Below, piece after piece: positions 30,004-41,407 of a stretch of DNA of 64,000 bases. The DNA lies in NCBI GenBank assembly GCA_033723415.1, contig JAWVXD010000007.1, positions 60,899 to 124,898 on the forward strand. Reading direction: 5' to 3'. The first letter of the stretch is position 1; every line of letters starts with the position of its first letter. Both the position numbers and the translations under genes were made by a program. The notes beneath the pieces were generated by a model. It saw only the letters and a program-made list of their open reading frames with translations. It was not told the origin of the DNA and made no database searches. Source of the DNA: Sulfurospirillaceae bacterium (lineage in GTDB: Bacteria; Campylobacterota; Campylobacteria; Campylobacterales; Sulfurospirillaceae).

Positions 30004-31086
30004 TTAAAACAATTTGCCGATTTTTCTAAATCCGAACCAATAAAGGAAAATCCCTATCATCAATACACCGCTAAAATACGGCAGCAGATCGATCAATGAA
30101 CTTCCTCTGAAAAATATACTTTCACTCCCTTCTATATAGTATCTAAGAGGTGAGATAACAGACAGATACCTCAAAAATGGATTCATCGCATAAACCGGTG
30201 TCCATGCACCGCTTAAAAAAATGATCGGCATCATGATAACGATAGAGAGTTGTGCTACCTGTATGATGGATTTTGATATAGAAGCTATAAACAAACCAAT
30301 ACCTGCAGTCGTTGCAACATAGCAAAACGTGAGCACGAAAAAACTCAACAATGAGCCATTAAGCGGTATATCAAACTCATGAAACAGAATCAATCCCACA
30401 CTTAAAAAAACTCCCATCATTACTATAAATACCTGAGACAAGCTCTTAGCCAAAATGATTATCTTTGGATTTACCGGCATCAAAAGCATGATATCCCAAG
30501 TTCCGCTCTCTTTCTCTTTTACAAATACCATCGCACTTAATATTACCGAAAAAAGAGTTATTACTGAGAGCAGTTCACTTAAAGACATAAAAAGCTTCGT
30601 ATCAGCGTTTTGATTGAAAAGTTTATGGATTTTTAATGTAATCGGAGCATTTGATTTATTGAAGTTCATGACAATATTGCGTATATACGAGATCGCCATA
30701 AGAGACTGCGAGGCTGCTGTACTATCTATCAAGATATTGATCTTTGGATGTTGTGCGTTATAATAATTTTTTTCAAAATCAGCATCAAAGATCAACCCCA
30801 CCATAATCTCTTTATTATAAATCGCTTGACTTAATTCTCTTTGTGATTTAAAATACTTCGGCGTTTTAAACTCTGGTCTGTGAAGATTTGAAATAATTTT
30901 TTTACTGATTCCCTGTGCGCTTTTATCAACTACGGCTACGGCTACATTTTTTGCTTCCACTTCCATACCGTTTCCTGCAACATAAACTTCTGCTGTAAAA
31001 AAATATACGACCATCAATACCAGCCCAAGGGATCTAAAAAAGCCTAAAATTTCTTTGAAGAATATGGCAAAAAATACTTTCATCAT
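30004..31086 (-). CDS. ABC-2 permease (YbhR-like)
   Basis: KEKESGTWD, FLSGAWTP, SPLRYY. Confidence 0.88.
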   Translation of the reverse strand: MMKVFFAIFFKEILGFFRSLGLVLMVVYFFTAEVYVAGNGMEVEAKNVAVAVVDKSAQGISKKIISNLHRPEFKTPKYFKSQRELSQAIYNKEIMVGLIFDADFEKNYYNAQHPKINILIDSTAASQSLMAISYIRNIVMNFNKSNAPITLKIHKLFNQNADTKLFMSLSELLSVITLFSVILSAMVFVKEKESGTWDIMLLMPVNPKIIILAKSLSQVFIVMMGVFLSVGLILFHEFDIPLNGSLLSFFVLTFCYVATTAGIGLFIASISKSIIQVAQLSIVIMMPIIFLSGAWTPVYAMNPFLRYLSVISPLRYYIEGSESIFFRGSSLIDLLPYFSGVLMIGIFLYWFGFRKIGKLF

Positions 31087-32192
31087 CTAGTCTCTTTTTT
31101 AAGTAAAAATAGCCCAAGCAAATATAATACAACTGCGTAAGCGCATAAAAATACAAGATATGTAACAACTTTGGACGAGCTAAAACCCTGACCTATCAAA
31201 AATGCATCATAAACAATATGATTATAATACATAACAGGATAAATATGAGCTATAATATAAGCGCTCCCACTCATAGAACTGATGGGCATAAGCATTCCAG
31301 AATATAAAAATCCCGGCAAGATCGTAAACATCAAACTCAAAATTACAGCTACTATCTGTGAAGATGCGATTATAGAAACCAAAAGTCCAAAACACAATGA
31401 TATCATGATATAAACTTCGCTGCTAAGCCAATATAGAAAGAAACTGCCCCTAAAAGGCAAGTTGAACAAATACGATGCTACTAGGAAGAGTATAAAGATA
31501 TTTAAGGTTTGAAGGCAAAATACAGATGATAGTTTTGCACTCAAAAATTCTTGCTTTGTAACGCTTGATGAGTAAAAATTAAAAATAGTACCTTTTTCTT
31601 TTTCTCTTGCTATTAAGAGTGCGGTCAATATAGCCGGTGAAACAAATAACACTAATCCCAAAAGTCCAGGTACCACCATCTCTGCATCTCTTAGCGATTG
31701 ATTAAACATGTTTCTCGTGTCTAGGCTGATAGAATTTGGTTTGACCATCTTAAAATCGTCTGCCAACGAAAATACCACACCTTGGATATAAGCATCTATC
31801 GTAGAAGCACGAGAGGGAAATGATCCATCCACAAATACGCCCAACTCGCTTTTATATCCTTTCAAAACATTTTTTTCAAAAGAGGAAGGTATGATGATCA
31901 CAACATCTTCTTTGGCTTTTTTGATAAGCTCCATTGCTTGTTTTTCACTGAGATTTAAAACACTTGAATTAAAATATTTTGAATGTTCAAACTTTGATAT
32001 CAGCGTTCTAGAAATATTTGAATTATCGTGGTCTATTATCAAAACTCTAGCTCCGGTTACTTGCATCTTTATACCAAATCCAAACAAAACAACGATGATG
32101 AGCGGCATCAATAAAGGCATCAATATCACTCTAGTTCTGATAAGTTCCAAAATTTCTTTTATAAAATATGCTTTTATGACTCTAAGTCTCAT
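31083..32192 (-). CDS. ABC-2 permease (YbhS-like)
   Basis: VPGLLG, AREKEKGT, YSGMLMPI. Confidence 0.88.
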   Translation of the reverse strand: MRLRVIKAYFIKEILELIRTRVILMPLLMPLIIVVLFGFGIKMQVTGARVLIIDHDNSNISRTLISKFEHSKYFNSSVLNLSEKQAMELIKKAKEDVVIIIPSSFEKNVLKGYKSELGVFVDGSFPSRASTIDAYIQGVVFSLADDFKMVKPNSISLDTRNMFNQSLRDAEMVVPGLLGLVLFVSPAILTALLIAREKEKGTIFNFYSSSVTKQEFLSAKLSSVFCLQTLNIFILFLVASYLFNLPFRGSFFLYWLSSEVYIMISLCFGLLVSIIASSQIVAVILSLMFTILPGFLYSGMLMPISSMSGSAYIIAHIYPVMYYNHIVYDAFLIGQGFSSSKVVTYLVFLCAYAVVLYLLGLFLLKKETR

Positions 32193-33816
32193 CCGGGACT
32201 ACCTTATAATAATCTAAAAATATATTTTCAAAATCTTTTGCTTCAGGATGCTTTTTATAAAGTTCTTTTACACTGTCATCAGCTATTTTTTCTCCATCTT
32301 TTAGAAGAACGACTCTATCACAATATTCCGCCTCGCTCATGTAGTGAGTCGTAATCAAGATAGATATGTTTCTATTTTTCTTCAAAATATCAAGAAGCTC
32401 CCAAAACTGAGCTCTGGCTATCGCATCGACCCCGCTTGTAGGCTCATCCAAGAAAAGGACTACTGGATCATGTAAAAGAGCAACCGAGAGTGAAAATCTT
32501 TGATTTATGCCAAGAGGGAGATCTTTTGGCATATCATCTAAGTATTTGTCAAATCCCAATTCTTTCGAATATTTTTCGATCAATCCAAGGGCTGTTTCTC
32601 TTTTGATTTTATGCATAGAAGAAAAGAAAAGCATATTTTCTTTGACACTCATATCATTATAAAGAGCAAAATGCTGACTTACATATCCTATCTTCTCTTT
32701 TAATTCTATTCTATCTTCTATATTTTTGATATTTTTGTTTAGTAAAAACAATTCACCTGAGTCTATAGGAATAAGTCCTAGCAACATCTTTATAAAAGTT
32801 GTTTTACCTGCTCCATTTGCACCTAAAAGTCCAAGTATTTCTCCTCTTCTTAGCTCCAAATCAATATCTTTGTTGGCTACAAAATTCCCAAAAACCTTGG
32901 TTAATTTACTTGCCCTCATAACAACACTGTCCATATTTTGATTAGTATGGTTTTTAGAAATTTCCAATTTTGGCAATAGTGTGTTTTTTTTCAAAGCATT
33001 TGTAAAAAAAAGTGCTTCAAGAGTTGGTTTTTTATGTGTCGTTTGCAGTACCTTTAAAGAATAAGTCGTATCAAGAACCGTAATAATAGAATCAGAATCA
33101 TCTTCTACTTTTTCATATACAAAAGGCTCTACAAGTGCTAACAACTCTTTGTTATTACCTTTTGCTATAACTTCACCGTTATCAAATAAAAGGATTTGAT
33201 CCATCTTGGAAGCTTCTTGCATATAGGCCGTACTGATGATAGAGATCGTTCCAAAATCTTGGGAGTTTTGTTTCAATATCTTCCATAATTCAAGTCGACT
33301 CAATGGATCTACCCCGGTTGTAGGCTCATCTAAAATCAGTAAAGAAGGTCGATGCAGCATTGTACAAACTAGTGAGAGTTTTTGCATCATCCCTCCACTT
33401 AGGTTTTCCACCCTCCTTTCTAAAAACTTTTCTAATCCTGCCATGACTAACAAATGCTCTTTGTAATCTATAAAATCTTTATCAATCTTGATGTTTTTTA
33501 TATCAGTAAAAAAGTTCAAATGCTCTTGCACACTTAATGTATTGTATAAAACAAGTCCGATACCTTGAGGCATATAGCCGATATTTACTTTAATTTTTTC
33601 TGATTCTTTGGGACTTGTAAAAGTTGTATCTTTATATGTTATACTGCCGCTAAAATCAATGACTCCGGCAATTGCATTTAGAGCGGAACTTTTACCTGCA
33701 CCATCTGCTCCTATAAAACCTATAATATCACCGGTATTAGCTTCAAAATTTAGTTTATGTATAGCAGTCTTTTTTTTATGTTCTACTTTTAAATCCCGAA
33801 TACTAAGGGTAGCCAT
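32182..33816 (-). CDS. Dual-NBD ABC ATPase (YbhF-like)
   Basis: Two Walker A motifs (GADGAGKS, GANGAGKT), LSGGM and degenerate LPLGI signatures, two DEPT. Confidence 0.92.
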   Translation of the reverse strand: MATLSIRDLKVEHKKKTAIHKLNFEANTGDIIGFIGADGAGKSSALNAIAGVIDFSGSITYKDTTFTSPKESEKIKVNIGYMPQGIGLVLYNTLSVQEHLNFFTDIKNIKIDKDFIDYKEHLLVMAGLEKFLERRVENLSGGMMQKLSLVCTMLHRPSLLILDEPTTGVDPLSRLELWKILKQNSQDFGTISIISTAYMQEASKMDQILLFDNGEVIAKGNNKELLALVEPFVYEKVEDDSDSIITVLDTTYSLKVLQTTHKKPTLEALFFTNALKKNTLLPKLEISKNHTNQNMDSVVMRASKLTKVFGNFVANKDIDLELRRGEILGLLGANGAGKTTFIKMLLGLIPIDSGELFLLNKNIKNIEDRIELKEKIGYVSQHFALYNDMSVKENMLFFSSMHKIKRETALGLIEKYSKELGFDKYLDDMPKDLPLGINQRFSLSVALLHDPVVLFLDEPTSGVDAIARAQFWELLDILKKNRNISILITTHYMSEAEYCDRVVLLKDGEKIADDSVKELYKKHPEAKDFENIFLDYYKVVPDET

Positions 33817-33819
33817 ATC

Positions 33820-35022
33820 CTATATCTTTGGAATATCATTTAAACTTTTTGGCAATATTGCACCGTCTATACTCACAACACCGATAGCAGGAATTCCCAA
33901 TTTTAAGATAGGGTTATATTTGAGAGGTCTTACATGAATAGCATATACTCTTTGTATTCTATCACTTCTTACGCTGACATCTTTAGGCGTAAACTCAGCT
34001 TTTGCTGCAATTGCAGTGACAGTAGCGGGAATAGGTTTATTTGGATAAGCATCCAAAAAGATAACAGCCTTATCACCTAATTTGATCCTTCCGTTATCCA
34101 TAGTATCAATAAATAATTTAAGATAGTAACTATTTGTATCACTAACGGTAACAACCACGCTTCCGGCTCCTACTACTTCTCCTTCATTTGCTATTTTTTC
34201 TACCACAAATCCATTGACGGGAGATTTTATAGTCAATTCATCTATCATGGCTTGAACTTCATCCTTGGATGCTGCTAGCTGACTTATTTTATTTCCAAGA
34301 GAAGAATATTTTGTTTGTGATACTGTTATATTTTGTTTTGATATATTGATCTTTTCTAGATTATCTTGTTCGATCTCTAGTAAACTTTGAGCAATATTAA
34401 TATCATTTAGGATTTTTTCTCGCCCTATTTTCAATGTTTTAAGTTCATTTGCAGTAGTTTTATACTTTAACTCCTGCAATTCAAATCTTTCATCGCTTAT
34501 CATTTTGGACGCATACAGCTTTCTATATCGTTTATAATCTTTTTTGTCCTGTTCAAAGCCAAGATTTAGTTTTGATATCTGTAAATTAAAACTTGCAAGT
34601 CTATTTTTTAAATTTTTTAAATTTTCTGTTTTTATCGCTACGAGTTTCGGTAGTGTTTTTTCTAGTAGTTTTAAAGAAAGTTGCTGTGAATCGATAGACT
34701 GCAAAAATGACAATCTCTCTTTGCGTAGGCTCAAAATCGCTTCTTCAATACTGGATTTTTTATTGTATAACTCTTTTGATCTCAGCTTTGCTATATCTTC
34801 TCCAACCCTTATAGAATCTCCCTCCTTAACATAAATCTTGCTGACTCTGGCAGGATATTTCGTATTTAATAAAATTAGATCACCATCTATCCTACCACTA
34901 CTAGCAATGAGATTTTCAGGCAACTTTTTGGGATTTATTTTCACATAAATAAAATATGCCGAGACAACCAATAATAAAAAAACGATAACAAAACCGATGT
35001 ACTTTTTTACTACATTTAACAT
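33820..35022 (-). CDS. HlyD family membrane fusion protein (YbhG-like)
   Basis: N-terminal TM, SGRIDG, long coiled coil, AEFTPK. Confidence 0.9.
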   Translation of the reverse strand: MLNVVKKYIGFVIVFLLLVVSAYFIYVKINPKKLPENLIASSGRIDGDLILLNTKYPARVSKIYVKEGDSIRVGEDIAKLRSKELYNKKSSIEEAILSLRKERLSFLQSIDSQQLSLKLLEKTLPKLVAIKTENLKNLKNRLASFNLQISKLNLGFEQDKKDYKRYRKLYASKMISDERFELQELKYKTTANELKTLKIGREKILNDINIAQSLLEIEQDNLEKINISKQNITVSQTKYSSLGNKISQLAASKDEVQAMIDELTIKSPVNGFVVEKIANEGEVVGAGSVVVTVSDTNSYYLKLFIDTMDNGRIKLGDKAVIFLDAYPNKPIPATVTAIAAKAEFTPKDVSVRSDRIQRVYAIHVRPLKYNPILKLGIPAIGVVSIDGAILPKSLNDIPKI

Positions 35023-35024
35023 AC

Positions 35025-35912
35025 TTATCCTTTGGAAGTTAGTCTGTCAATCTCACTTTTAGTTATTTCTCTTCCTAATTTTATCATATCTTTTGCTTTA
35101 TCAAATTCATAGAACTCACAGGCATTACTTGGGATATCTATATTCATATCCGGGGCAAAGCCTGCTATCTTGTACTCAGTCAAGACTTTTTGCATCGTAT
35201 CTATAGAGTATCCCATGACACCAAAGATACCGATCTTTTCAAAAGAATCTTTTTCTCTCAGAGAGAGCACTTCTTCTAATTTTTGTTCTAATTTGGCAAA
35301 TATACTATTGGGTTTGATTTTTTGATTTTTACTGGAAGTATCCTCAAAGGCTTTCCACGGTCTGGCGTTTAAATTTACGGCTATTGTCAAATCCGTATCA
35401 TCTGATATCGTAGGTGCTATAGGAATGGGATTTAAAACGCTACCGTCAACAAGATATCGTCCTCCAATTTTTTTTGGAGTAAATATAGTAGGAATCGCAA
35501 TAGAAGCTCTTATAGCATCACACAAATTTCCTCTCTGAAGCCAAACCTCTTTTTGCTTTATGATATCAGTAGCTACTGCAGTAAATGAAATAGGAAGTTT
35601 TTCAATAAGCTCATTTCCGATCATTTTTTGGATGATATCAAATACTTTTTCTCCTTGAATAAATCCATTTTGCCTAAGAGAAAAATCCAACAATTTAGCA
35701 ACATCAAAAAATGAAAGTTTCAACACCCATTTCTTATACTCATCGAGTTTTCCACAAGCATAAAGACCACCGATCAATGCTCCCATGGATGAGCCTGAGA
35801 TCGATCTAATCTCATAGCCATTTTCCAAAAGTACTTCTATAGCGCCAATATGAGCGTATCCTCTAGCTCCGCCACTACCTAAGACTAAAGATACGCTCTT
35901 CTTTTGGCTCAA
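35025..35912 (-). CDS. Patatin-like phospholipase (RssA-like)
   Basis: GSGGARG, GSSMG, ASIAIP, VDGS; TTG start. Confidence 0.9.
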   Translation of the reverse strand: MSQKKSVSLVLGSGGARGYAHIGAIEVLLENGYEIRSISGSSMGALIGGLYACGKLDEYKKWVLKLSFFDVAKLLDFSLRQNGFIQGEKVFDIIQKMIGNELIEKLPISFTAVATDIIKQKEVWLQRGNLCDAIRASIAIPTIFTPKKIGGRYLVDGSVLNPIPIAPTISDDTDLTIAVNLNARPWKAFEDTSSKNQKIKPNSIFAKLEQKLEEVLSLREKDSFEKIGIFGVMGYSIDTMQKVLTEYKIAGFAPDMNIDIPSNACEFYEFDKAKDMIKLGREITKSEIDRLTSKG

Positions 35913-35924
35913 TTTCTTTCCTTT

Positions 35925-38900
35925 TTAGCTCTCTTTTATTTCATGCTTTTTATTTTCACTTCTTGAAAACATTTGTTTTATCCTGATCACCAGATAAAAG
36001 AATAACGGTATAAAGAAAACTCCTATAAGTGTAGCGGCTATCATACCGCCGACAACCGTTGTTCCGATTATATGTCTACTGTTTGCACCAGCTCCGCTAC
36101 TTAGCACAAGTGGCATTGTTCCAACGATAAAAGCAAGAGAAGTCATGATAATCGGTCTAAATCTGAGTCTAGCCGCTTCTATAGTTGCATCGATCAATGA
36201 TAATCCATCTTTCATCTTTGCAACTGCAAATTCTACTATAAGTATAGCATTTTTAGCAGAAAGTCCGACTAGAGTAATAAGGCCGACCTGAAAATATATA
36301 TCCATCTCCAAATGTCTCAGTAAAACAGCAAGTGTAGCACCAAAGATAGCAAACGGTATAGATATGATAACGGCTAGTGGAATACTCCAGCTCTCATACA
36401 ATGCCGCCAAGATCAAAAATATAAATATAGCCGCATAAATTGCCGTATAATTTCCTTTTTCAGATAATTTCTTTTCTTGATATGACGTACCCGACCAGGC
36501 TATGCTATATCCGCTTGGCAATACTTTTGCGGCAATCTCTTCTATCGCTTTCATTGCATCGCTTGATGCATATCCAGGTCCAGGATTTCCCGTGATCTTT
36601 GCTGAATTAAACATATTAAATCTTTGTATGATGTTTGCATCTACCACTCTTTTTATCTTTACTAGAGCGCTTATCGGTATCAATTTACCGGTTGTTGATC
36701 TGACAAAAACATCATCATAGTTTTTCTTAGTAGATCTGAATTTAGAGTCAGCCTGGATATCGACATGAAATGTTCTTCCAAAAAGATTAAAATCATTAAT
36801 ATAACCTTGTCCAAACATTGTGGATAATGTCTTATAAATATCATTGACCGGAACATTCATAGCTTTCGCCTTTTCTCTGTTCAAGGTAAGGCTATATTGT
36901 GGTATGTTGGTATTTAACGTGGTCCTGACACCTCTTAGTCTTGGATCGGCATTTGCTTCGCTTACGATTTCTTGTACATATTTATTTAGTGTTTTCAAAT
37001 CGCTGCCGGCTCTATCTTGCACCCACATCTCAAAGCCTCCTGTGATACTCATACCACGAATTGGTGGAGGATTTACAGGTATAACAAAGGCATCTTTATC
37101 TTGCATAAAATGCATCATGAATTTTCCGGCCAACGCCTGTGCACTTTGTGATGGTGACTTTCGCTCACTCCAAGGCTTTAATCTTGCAAACATGATACCT
37201 GCATCTGTCGTATAGGCAAATGTTGTAATATCTAGTCCTGTTATGGAAGCGGTTGTCTTTACATTTGGATCATCAAAGATATGTTTTTCTATCTTTGCTG
37301 CTATTTTTGCACTTTCAGATAATGCGGTTGCAGGCATCATCTTTTCAATCACCAGCAAAATACCCTGATCTTCATTTGGGACAAGTCCTCTTGGCAATCT
37401 TTCCATGATATGGTATGTCAAATAGAGTAAGCCGCCGAATAATATCAGAGAAAAAAACCATAGTTTTATAGTCGTCCTCGCTGATTTTAAAAATATCTTG
37501 GTTGACCAACTAAAGAATTGATTAAATTTTCTGATAGGCCAAATCGGTGCACTTTCGTGTTCTTTTAAAAAGATCGCACACAAAGCAGGAGTCAAAGTAA
37601 GTGCCACTATTCCTGATATAACAACCGCCATTACTATAGTCATAGCAAATTGTTGATACATCACACCGCTAAACCCACCCGATAAAGCGGCTGGAACAAA
37701 TACCGCCGAGAGTACCAAAACGATCGCAATGATCGGAGTCGCAAGCTCGCTCATAGCCTCTATCGTCGCTTCTTTGACGCTTACGCTTTTCGTCGATAAT
37801 ATTCTTTCTACGTTTTCTATAACGATGATGGCATCATCTACGACCAGTCCGATTGCAAGTATCAAACCAAATAAGGTTAAAAGATTTATTGAAAATCCAG
37901 CAACGTATAATCCTGCAAAAGTACCTATTATAGAGACCGGAATTGCCAGTATCGGGATGATCGTAGCTCTGATATTTCCCAAAAAGATATAAATTAGAAT
38001 AGTCACAAATAAGATAGCTTCAAAGAGTGTCTTTAAAACCTCATCAATAGAAGCTTTGACAAAAACCGTCGTATCATATGGTATGCTATATTGTAAATCA
38101 GGAGGAAATGATTTTGACAATTCTTTGAGTGTCTTATCTACGGCAGCTGAGACATCCAATGCATTTGCACCTGATGACAAGAAGATACCCACAGGCATCA
38201 TAGGTTTACCTGCTGCCGTACCTACAGTATCGTATGCATCAGAACCTAGTTCTATCCTTGCCACATCCTTAACTCTAAGAGTCGATCCATCTGGATTTGA
38301 TCTTATTATAATATTGCCAAACTCTTTAGGAGTTTTTAGTCTTCCCTCTGTGGAGACGATATAAGTAAAAGGTTTTTTTTCCTGCAACGGCTCTTTTCCC
38401 ACAGAACCTGCTGCATATTGGTTATTTTGACTATCAACAGCATCGATGACATCAGTAGTACTAAGACCGTAAAATGCCAATTTAGCAGGATCTACCCAGA
38501 TTCTAATTGCATAGTCTTTTTCACCAAAGATCGTTGCATCTCCTACTCCAGGGATTCTCTTTAGTGCATCGACTACGTTCACTAAAAGATAATTAGACAT
38601 AAATAATCTATCATGAACATGATTTTTTGAAAAGAACGTGATAACCTTCAGCATATCAGGAGATCGCTCTTTTACGCTTACCCCTTGTTTTCTTACTGCA
38701 TCCGGCAACTTGGTCATTGCTAATTGTATCCTATTGTTTACATCCACTTTTGCCTGTGCTACATCTGTTCCCACTCTGAAAAACACACTGATCCTCAAAA
38801 CTCCACTAGGAGAAGCAGTCGATGTCATGTAACTCATATTTTCTACACCGTTGATAGCATCTTCGAGTGTTCCCGCAACAGTTTTAGATAACGTTTTTGC

Positions 38901-39062
38901 ATCTGCCCCAGGATAAACCGCCGTGATATTGATCTGAGGAGGTGCAACTGCCGGATACTGCTTAATCGGTAAGATTTGGATAGCAACTATCCCCGCTATG
39001 ATTATCAGTATCGAGACAACCGTTGCAAAGATAGGTCTATTTATAAAAAATTTTGAAAACAT
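35925..39062 (-). CDS. RND efflux permease (HAE1, CmeB/AcrB-like)
   Basis: FFINRPIFA, GLVVDDAIIVIEN, KNAILIVEFA, RFRPIIMTS. Confidence 0.96.
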   Translation of the reverse strand: MFSKFFINRPIFATVVSILIIIAGIVAIQILPIKQYPAVAPPQINITAVYPGADAKTLSKTVAGTLEDAINGVENMSYMTSTASPSGVLRISVFFRVGTDVAQAKVDVNNRIQLAMTKLPDAVRKQGVSVKERSPDMLKVITFFSKNHVHDRLFMSNYLLVNVVDALKRIPGVGDATIFGEKDYAIRIWVDPAKLAFYGLSTTDVIDAVDSQNNQYAAGSVGKEPLQEKKPFTYIVSTEGRLKTPKEFGNIIIRSNPDGSTLRVKDVARIELGSDAYDTVGTAAGKPMMPVGIFLSSGANALDVSAAVDKTLKELSKSFPPDLQYSIPYDTTVFVKASIDEVLKTLFEAILFVTILIYIFLGNIRATIIPILAIPVSIIGTFAGLYVAGFSINLLTLFGLILAIGLVVDDAIIVIENVERILSTKSVSVKEATIEAMSELATPIIAIVLVLSAVFVPAALSGGFSGVMYQQFAMTIVMAVVISGIVALTLTPALCAIFLKEHESAPIWPIRKFNQFFSWSTKIFLKSARTTIKLWFFSLILFGGLLYLTYHIMERLPRGLVPNEDQGILLVIEKMMPATALSESAKIAAKIEKHIFDDPNVKTTASITGLDITTFAYTTDAGIMFARLKPWSERKSPSQSAQALAGKFMMHFMQDKDAFVIPVNPPPIRGMSITGGFEMWVQDRAGSDLKTLNKYVQEIVSEANADPRLRGVRTTLNTNIPQYSLTLNREKAKAMNVPVNDIYKTLSTMFGQGYINDFNLFGRTFHVDIQADSKFRSTKKNYDDVFVRSTTGKLIPISALVKIKRVVDANIIQRFNMFNSAKITGNPGPGYASSDAMKAIEEIAAKVLPSGYSIAWSGTSYQEKKLSEKGNYTAIYAAIFIFLILAALYESWSIPLAVIISIPFAIFGATLAVLLRHLEMDIYFQVGLITLVGLSAKNAILIVEFAVAKMKDGLSLIDATIEAARLRFRPIIMTSLAFIVGTMPLVLSSGAGANSRHIIGTTVVGGMIAATLIGVFFIPLFFYLVIRIKQMFSRSENKKHEIKES

Positions 39063-40184
39063 CTATTTTCCTTGGGAATTGACTGTTTTATCTATTTGAA
39101 CATTTGCACCAGGCTTCAGTCTAAAGAAATTATTAATTATTACTTTATCTCCTGTTTTTAGAGTTCCTGGTTTAATCGTAAATTTGTCTCCTGCCTCATT
39201 CTCTACAAAAACAGGTCTTACGGCGACCTTTCCTTTTTCGACTATAAATACTATAGTTCCTAGAGGATTTTGTAAGACTGCTTTTTGAGGGATCAAGATC
39301 ACGTTTTTTTCAGAGATATCATTGATCGTTACCCTAGCAAAACTTCCAGGCATCAAATAGCCGTCTTTATTATCAAAGACCGCTCTTAATTTCACGGTTG
39401 AAGTGTCTTTATTTATATTAACATCAATAAAATCAACCACACCGACTTGTTTATACGGTTTGCCGTCTATCTCTAAACTCACTAGCATCTTACCGTTGGA
39501 GGGAAGAGTCCATACTTTATTTTTGATGTTTATATAATCACTCATAGGCATAGAAAATTCTACATAAACTTTGTCATTTTGCGTAATATTTACAAGAGTC
39601 GTAGGAGGAGTTTGGGTTACCAGATCACCTACGTCAACCTGTTTTAATCCGATCGTACCGCTGATAGGTGCTTTTACTTCTGTGTAGTTCAGATCAATCT
39701 GTGCTTGCATGAGCTGTGCTTTTGCCAAAGACAAGGCAGCCTCGGCTTGAGAGAAAGCACTCAAAGCAGAATCTCTTGTTTCTTGACTAACTGCCTTGCT
39801 GGCATATAGTTTTTTGATTCTCTTCCAATTCCTAGTCGCATTTTCCAAAGAAGCCTCGCTCATTTTCACAGAAGCTTTTGCAGCATCTACTTTTGCTTTG
39901 TAGCTTCTATCTTCTATCTTATATAGAAGTTCACCTTTTGCCACATGCTGCCCTTCTGTAAAGTATTTTTTTTCCAATACTCCAAGAACTCTTGATACTA
40001 CTTTTACACTTTTAAACGAATCTATTTGAGCAGGATATTTAAGCGTGATCGGTAACTCTTTTGGTGCTTGCACTATAAATATATCTGCTTTTGGAGTCGG
40101 CATTTTTGGTGCCGCATACGATGATATAGGTATTAAAATCAGCGAAAACGATAATATCGCCAATCTTATTTGATTTTTTTTCAC
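39063..40184 (-). CDS. RND periplasmic adaptor subunit
   Basis: VKAPISG, LMPG; directly upstream of the RND permease. Confidence 0.93.
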   Translation of the reverse strand: MKKNQIRLAILSFSLILIPISSYAAPKMPTPKADIFIVQAPKELPITLKYPAQIDSFKSVKVVSRVLGVLEKKYFTEGQHVAKGELLYKIEDRSYKAKVDAAKASVKMSEASLENATRNWKRIKKLYASKAVSQETRDSALSAFSQAEAALSLAKAQLMQAQIDLNYTEVKAPISGTIGLKQVDVGDLVTQTPPTTLVNITQNDKVYVEFSMPMSDYINIKNKVWTLPSNGKMLVSLEIDGKPYKQVGVVDFIDVNINKDTSTVKLRAVFDNKDGYLMPGSFARVTINDISEKNVILIPQKAVLQNPLGTIVFIVEKGKVAVRPVFVENEAGDKFTIKPGTLKTGDKVIINNFFRLKPGANVQIDKTVNSQGK

Positions 40185-41407
40185 TTGATATACTCCTGAA
40201 TATTTTTGTTTGCATAATAATAATATGATGCATAATCTATTTGTAACTTGTTAAGAGCAGTTTCATATTGTGCTTTTGCATTTGTTTTCACAGTGAGTGC
40301 ATCTAAATAAGCCACGTTGTCAATACTCCCTACTTCATATTTCTTTGCTACTGTTTCATATGCGCTCTTTGCTGAGATCAAAGAACTTTTTGCACTTCTT
40401 ATTTGTGCTTTTGCAGTTTTTATTTTTGATAATGCTAACTCTACATTGATATCTTGTGCTTTGACTTGCTGATCTATTTGTTTTTCCAGTGCCATTTTTT
40501 GAATCATGACGGATTGTTTTTGTTTAGAGGCAAGCCCGTCATCATAAAGTTTTATATCAAATGTGAGCATTAGTTTATTTTGATTATCCAAGCCTTTTGG
40601 ATGACTCATATCATCCCTTCCGTATCCATAAACACTTAATGTGTCTGAGAGAGCGATCTTAGGACGATAAGAGGAGGCAAAAGAGTTTGCATAGTATGCT
40701 AGCGCCTTTGCATTTTGTTTCAGAACATTTGCATCATCGCTTAATTCTTGTTTTATGCCTACAGGTTCCAAAATTTTGGAGTCATCAATGGTTTCAACTT
40801 TTTTGCCTATTTTCAAAGATAGAAGTTTTTTCAAAGATAACAATTGGTATTTTGCTTCATCAATCTGATATACATTATTACTGTAAGCTGCTTGTAACTT
40901 ATCTATATCATCTTTTGTAGCACTTCCAACCTCATAAAACTTTTTCACCCTTGATAGTTCAGCTTCTAATTGATTTTGCATCTCATCCAATGCTTCAATA
41001 TTTGCTTTTACATTTTTTATATTGTAAAAATCCTGTACGATTGATAATTGTAAGCTCTTTTTATATGATGCCGTATCATATTTTGAAGATTCAAATAAAG
41101 CTTTCTTTTGTTCAATCATACTATTTTTGTAACCGCCATCATACAAATCAACTGAAACTTTTGCATAACCGCTGTAAATATCGCCTGGTGTATTTGCTGA
41201 TCTAGCATTAAGATTTTGGTAATACCCTCCTACATCAATGGAGGGATATTTCGCACTCATAGATGATTCTACATCTTTCATTTTTGATTGCTGTGTTAAA
41301 TTTTTTGAGAGGACTATATTATTGTTTGAAACTGCATAGTCTAATAGTGATTTCAAACTATCTGCATATATTAGTGCCGGGATCGCTAGGATTAGTAGTC
41401 TTTTCAT
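40181..41407 (-). CDS. TolC family outer membrane channel
   Basis: Signal peptide, two OEP repeats (YPSID/YRPKI, YEVG twice). Confidence 0.9.
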   Translation of the reverse strand: MKRLLILAIPALIYADSLKSLLDYAVSNNNIVLSKNLTQQSKMKDVESSMSAKYPSIDVGGYYQNLNARSANTPGDIYSGYAKVSVDLYDGGYKNSMIEQKKALFESSKYDTASYKKSLQLSIVQDFYNIKNVKANIEALDEMQNQLEAELSRVKKFYEVGSATKDDIDKLQAAYSNNVYQIDEAKYQLLSLKKLLSLKIGKKVETIDDSKILEPVGIKQELSDDANVLKQNAKALAYYANSFASSYRPKIALSDTLSVYGYGRDDMSHPKGLDNQNKLMLTFDIKLYDDGLASKQKQSVMIQKMALEKQIDQQVKAQDINVELALSKIKTAKAQIRSAKSSLISAKSAYETVAKKYEVGSIDNVAYLDALTVKTNAKAQYETALNKLQIDYASYYYYANKNIQEYIK